From: Veleropilina oligotropha
Taxonomy: Eukaryota
Length of the DNA: 64,000 nucleotides
Direction: 5' to 3'
Assembly: GCA_048128005.1 (NCBI GenBank)
Contig: JBEUKZ010000062.1
Span: 248,001 to 312,000, forward strand
Notes under the pieces: generated by a model
What the model saw: only the letters and a program-made list of their open reading frames with translations
Databases searched by the model: none
Told to the model about the DNA's origin: nothing
Position numbers and translations under genes: made by a program
In this document: positions 62,074-64,000 of the stretch, in pieces
How the letters are laid out: each line of letters opens with the position of its first letter
Numbering within the stretch: the first letter of the stretch is position 1

Positions 62074-62855
62074 ATCTTTAGTAGCTCGCCTGTTCGAAGA
62101 ACAGTAGAGCTATTGTCATCAGCAGCTCGTACGTCTGCGTCGGTGTCCGGTCTCCAATTTTTGTTAGGGAAAATGTTTAGGTGAAGTTTATCTTCAATAA
62201 TCTCAAGCAATGACTTTAATTTTCTATAAGTTTATGTCTAGGTCACTTCTTACTATGCTATTAATGGTAATAGGCACAATATTGAGGTATTTTTGGGTTG
62301 AAACATGCTTTATTTGAACTTTGATTTTGCGTTAAGGAAAATGTTTAGATGATGATTTTTAAACATTTACTTTCAGGGTAACTAGTTATATCAGATATAT
62401 TCAACTTTTATTTTATTGGATCATATAACCTAACGACCAAGTATAATTCAAAATTATTCATGTTACTGCAAAAGTATTTTGGGAATAAAATGTGATTTTT
62501 TAAATTGTTTACTTTTGCGTTAAGGAAAATGTTTACGTGAAATTTATCTACTTTGATCTCAAGCAATGACTCTAATTTCCAACATGTTTATGTGTATGTC
62601 ATGCTGTTATATGTAATATGTACATTATTCAGGTATTTTTTGGTTGAAACATGCTTTATATGAACTTTGATTTTGCGTTAAAGAAAATGTTTAGATGATG
62701 ATTTTAAAACATTTCCTTTCAAGGTAAGTAGCTAGATCAGATATATTCAACTTTTTTATTGGATTATGTGAACTATACCAACCAAATACTAATTATAAAT
62801 TAAGCATGTTACTGGAAAAGTACTTCGGAGATACAAATGTGATTTGTTAACTTGT
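62074..62855 (+). mobile_element. Second-family HINE/DINE-1-like element with ~356-bp internal repeat, interrupted
   Basis: Left end TAGCTCGCCTGTTCGAAGAACAGTAGAGCTATTG (hairpin) followed by a CGTC-rich tract. Diverged repeat GGAAAATGTTTA.GTGAA.TTTATC at 62168 and 62524. Confidence 0.7.
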
Positions 62856-64000
62856 TAGGGCGTCAAGCCTTGAAAAGGCTGAAGCCCTATTGTTATTCAA
62901 TGAATTATTAAGGCTTCCGTTGCTAAAGCATGGAAGCCTTATTGTTATTGCTCGGATTATTATTATTAAGCCTTATTGTTATTAAGGCTTCTGGTGCGAG
63001 AGCACGGAAGCCTTATTGTTATTGAAAAGATTATTATTATTATTTATCTGCTGTTTCAGGTAAACATCAATTACTCTGAAACTACGTAAGGTACACATTT
63101 CAAATTTTCAGGTATGATAGTGACATGCGGAGGACAAATGTTGATGTGTAAATGGATCTCATTGGTCAAATATTTTGGCGGCCATTTTGATTATTGTTAA
63201 AAGCTATTCAAATCTTCTCCCCAAAATCGGCTGATCCGATACTGACGAATCTAAAGTTTTGAAATAAGGTGGTTAACTTTTTATTTCGTCAAATCCAAAT
63301 AAATTGTGTAATTTCGGTATGCAAAATGTAGTTCTGATGAAATTATAATGATATCAGCAAAACAAATTAGAAAAATATGTGAAAATTAGAAACATTTTAA
63401 AAATCAATCAAAATATTTTGTAACAAGGGGCCGTAATTCGGTAACCACTCACACCAGACATCTGATATTTTGACAAGTGACAGAGTGGGACATTATCAAC
63501 AACTTTATCGCTTGATTTTAAGTGTTAGTGAATATTTAAAGCAATAAGTTTTGCTCCGAAGTTAATTTATTCGAGAGGTTGCGGCATTTCGAATAAATCT
63601 TTTTTTACATGCCATCGAGTCGCATAATTTAAACTGATAAGAAAGCATTCATTCATGAAAATTTCATGCAAATCCAAGCATTATTTATTGATTTATTGCG
63701 AGTTAAGTATTTTCGACCTCGGAGATTTTACTGAATTTGATCCACGAACATCGTTTTAAGTATGTTATAAACTAGAAATAATATAATCCAAGCATAAATT
63801 TGCGATTAAAGTATATATATATACAAAAATAAACAAATTAATAGTTGAATTGTTATTTGGATTTATATCTCTATATATATTTCCCCTTAATATAAGATCG
63901 CCGCTGCAGCATTCTGATTAATGGCAGTGCTAATTCCATGACCTGTTTGATTTCTCGCCGTTTACAAGGTGCAAATACCCAATTGTATGCACGAATGGCT
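62856..64000 (+). mobile_element. New stack of (ATT)n-type HINE left ends followed by one body, running off the window
   Basis: Left-end hairpins AGGGCGTCAAGCC..GGCTGAAGCCCTATTG (~62857), AAGGCTTCC..GGAAGCCTTATTG (~62909) and AAGGCTTCTGGTGC..GCACGGAAGCCTTATTG (~62984), separated by ATT tracts. Confidence 0.7.

Overview
Eukaryotic (probably marine invertebrate; inference) genomic DNA that is almost entirely nested mobile DNA. (1) 1-40259: an AT-rich array of about 34 bodies of a non-autonomous Helentron/HINE (DINE-1-like) element. It has matched sub-terminal inverted repeats (AGGGCTCC/GGAGCCCT), a 3' palindrome, (ATT)n tracts, 274-bp internal repeats and stacked left ends that point to self-nesting. 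(2) 40260-43312: a 5'-truncated L2/CR1-group LINE on the minus strand, whose (TAA)n tail abuts the array. (3) About 43313-58399: a GC-rich, decayed endogenous Polinton-like dsDNA virus with putative major capsid, penton, A32 packaging ATPase, rve integrase and several membrane proteins. In place of a canonical protein-primed PolB it has one reconstructable ~4 kb gene: HeH/Rho-N-like domain, divergent PolB-like domain, SF1B (RecD/Pif1-like) helicase and HNH-type Zn domain. (4) 58467-64000: a tRNA-derived SINE, two duplicated 300-nt phase-1 FN3-like host exons each preceded by a 63-bp minisatellite, and the start of a second HINE stack. All protein calls come from motif reading by eye; no database search was run.
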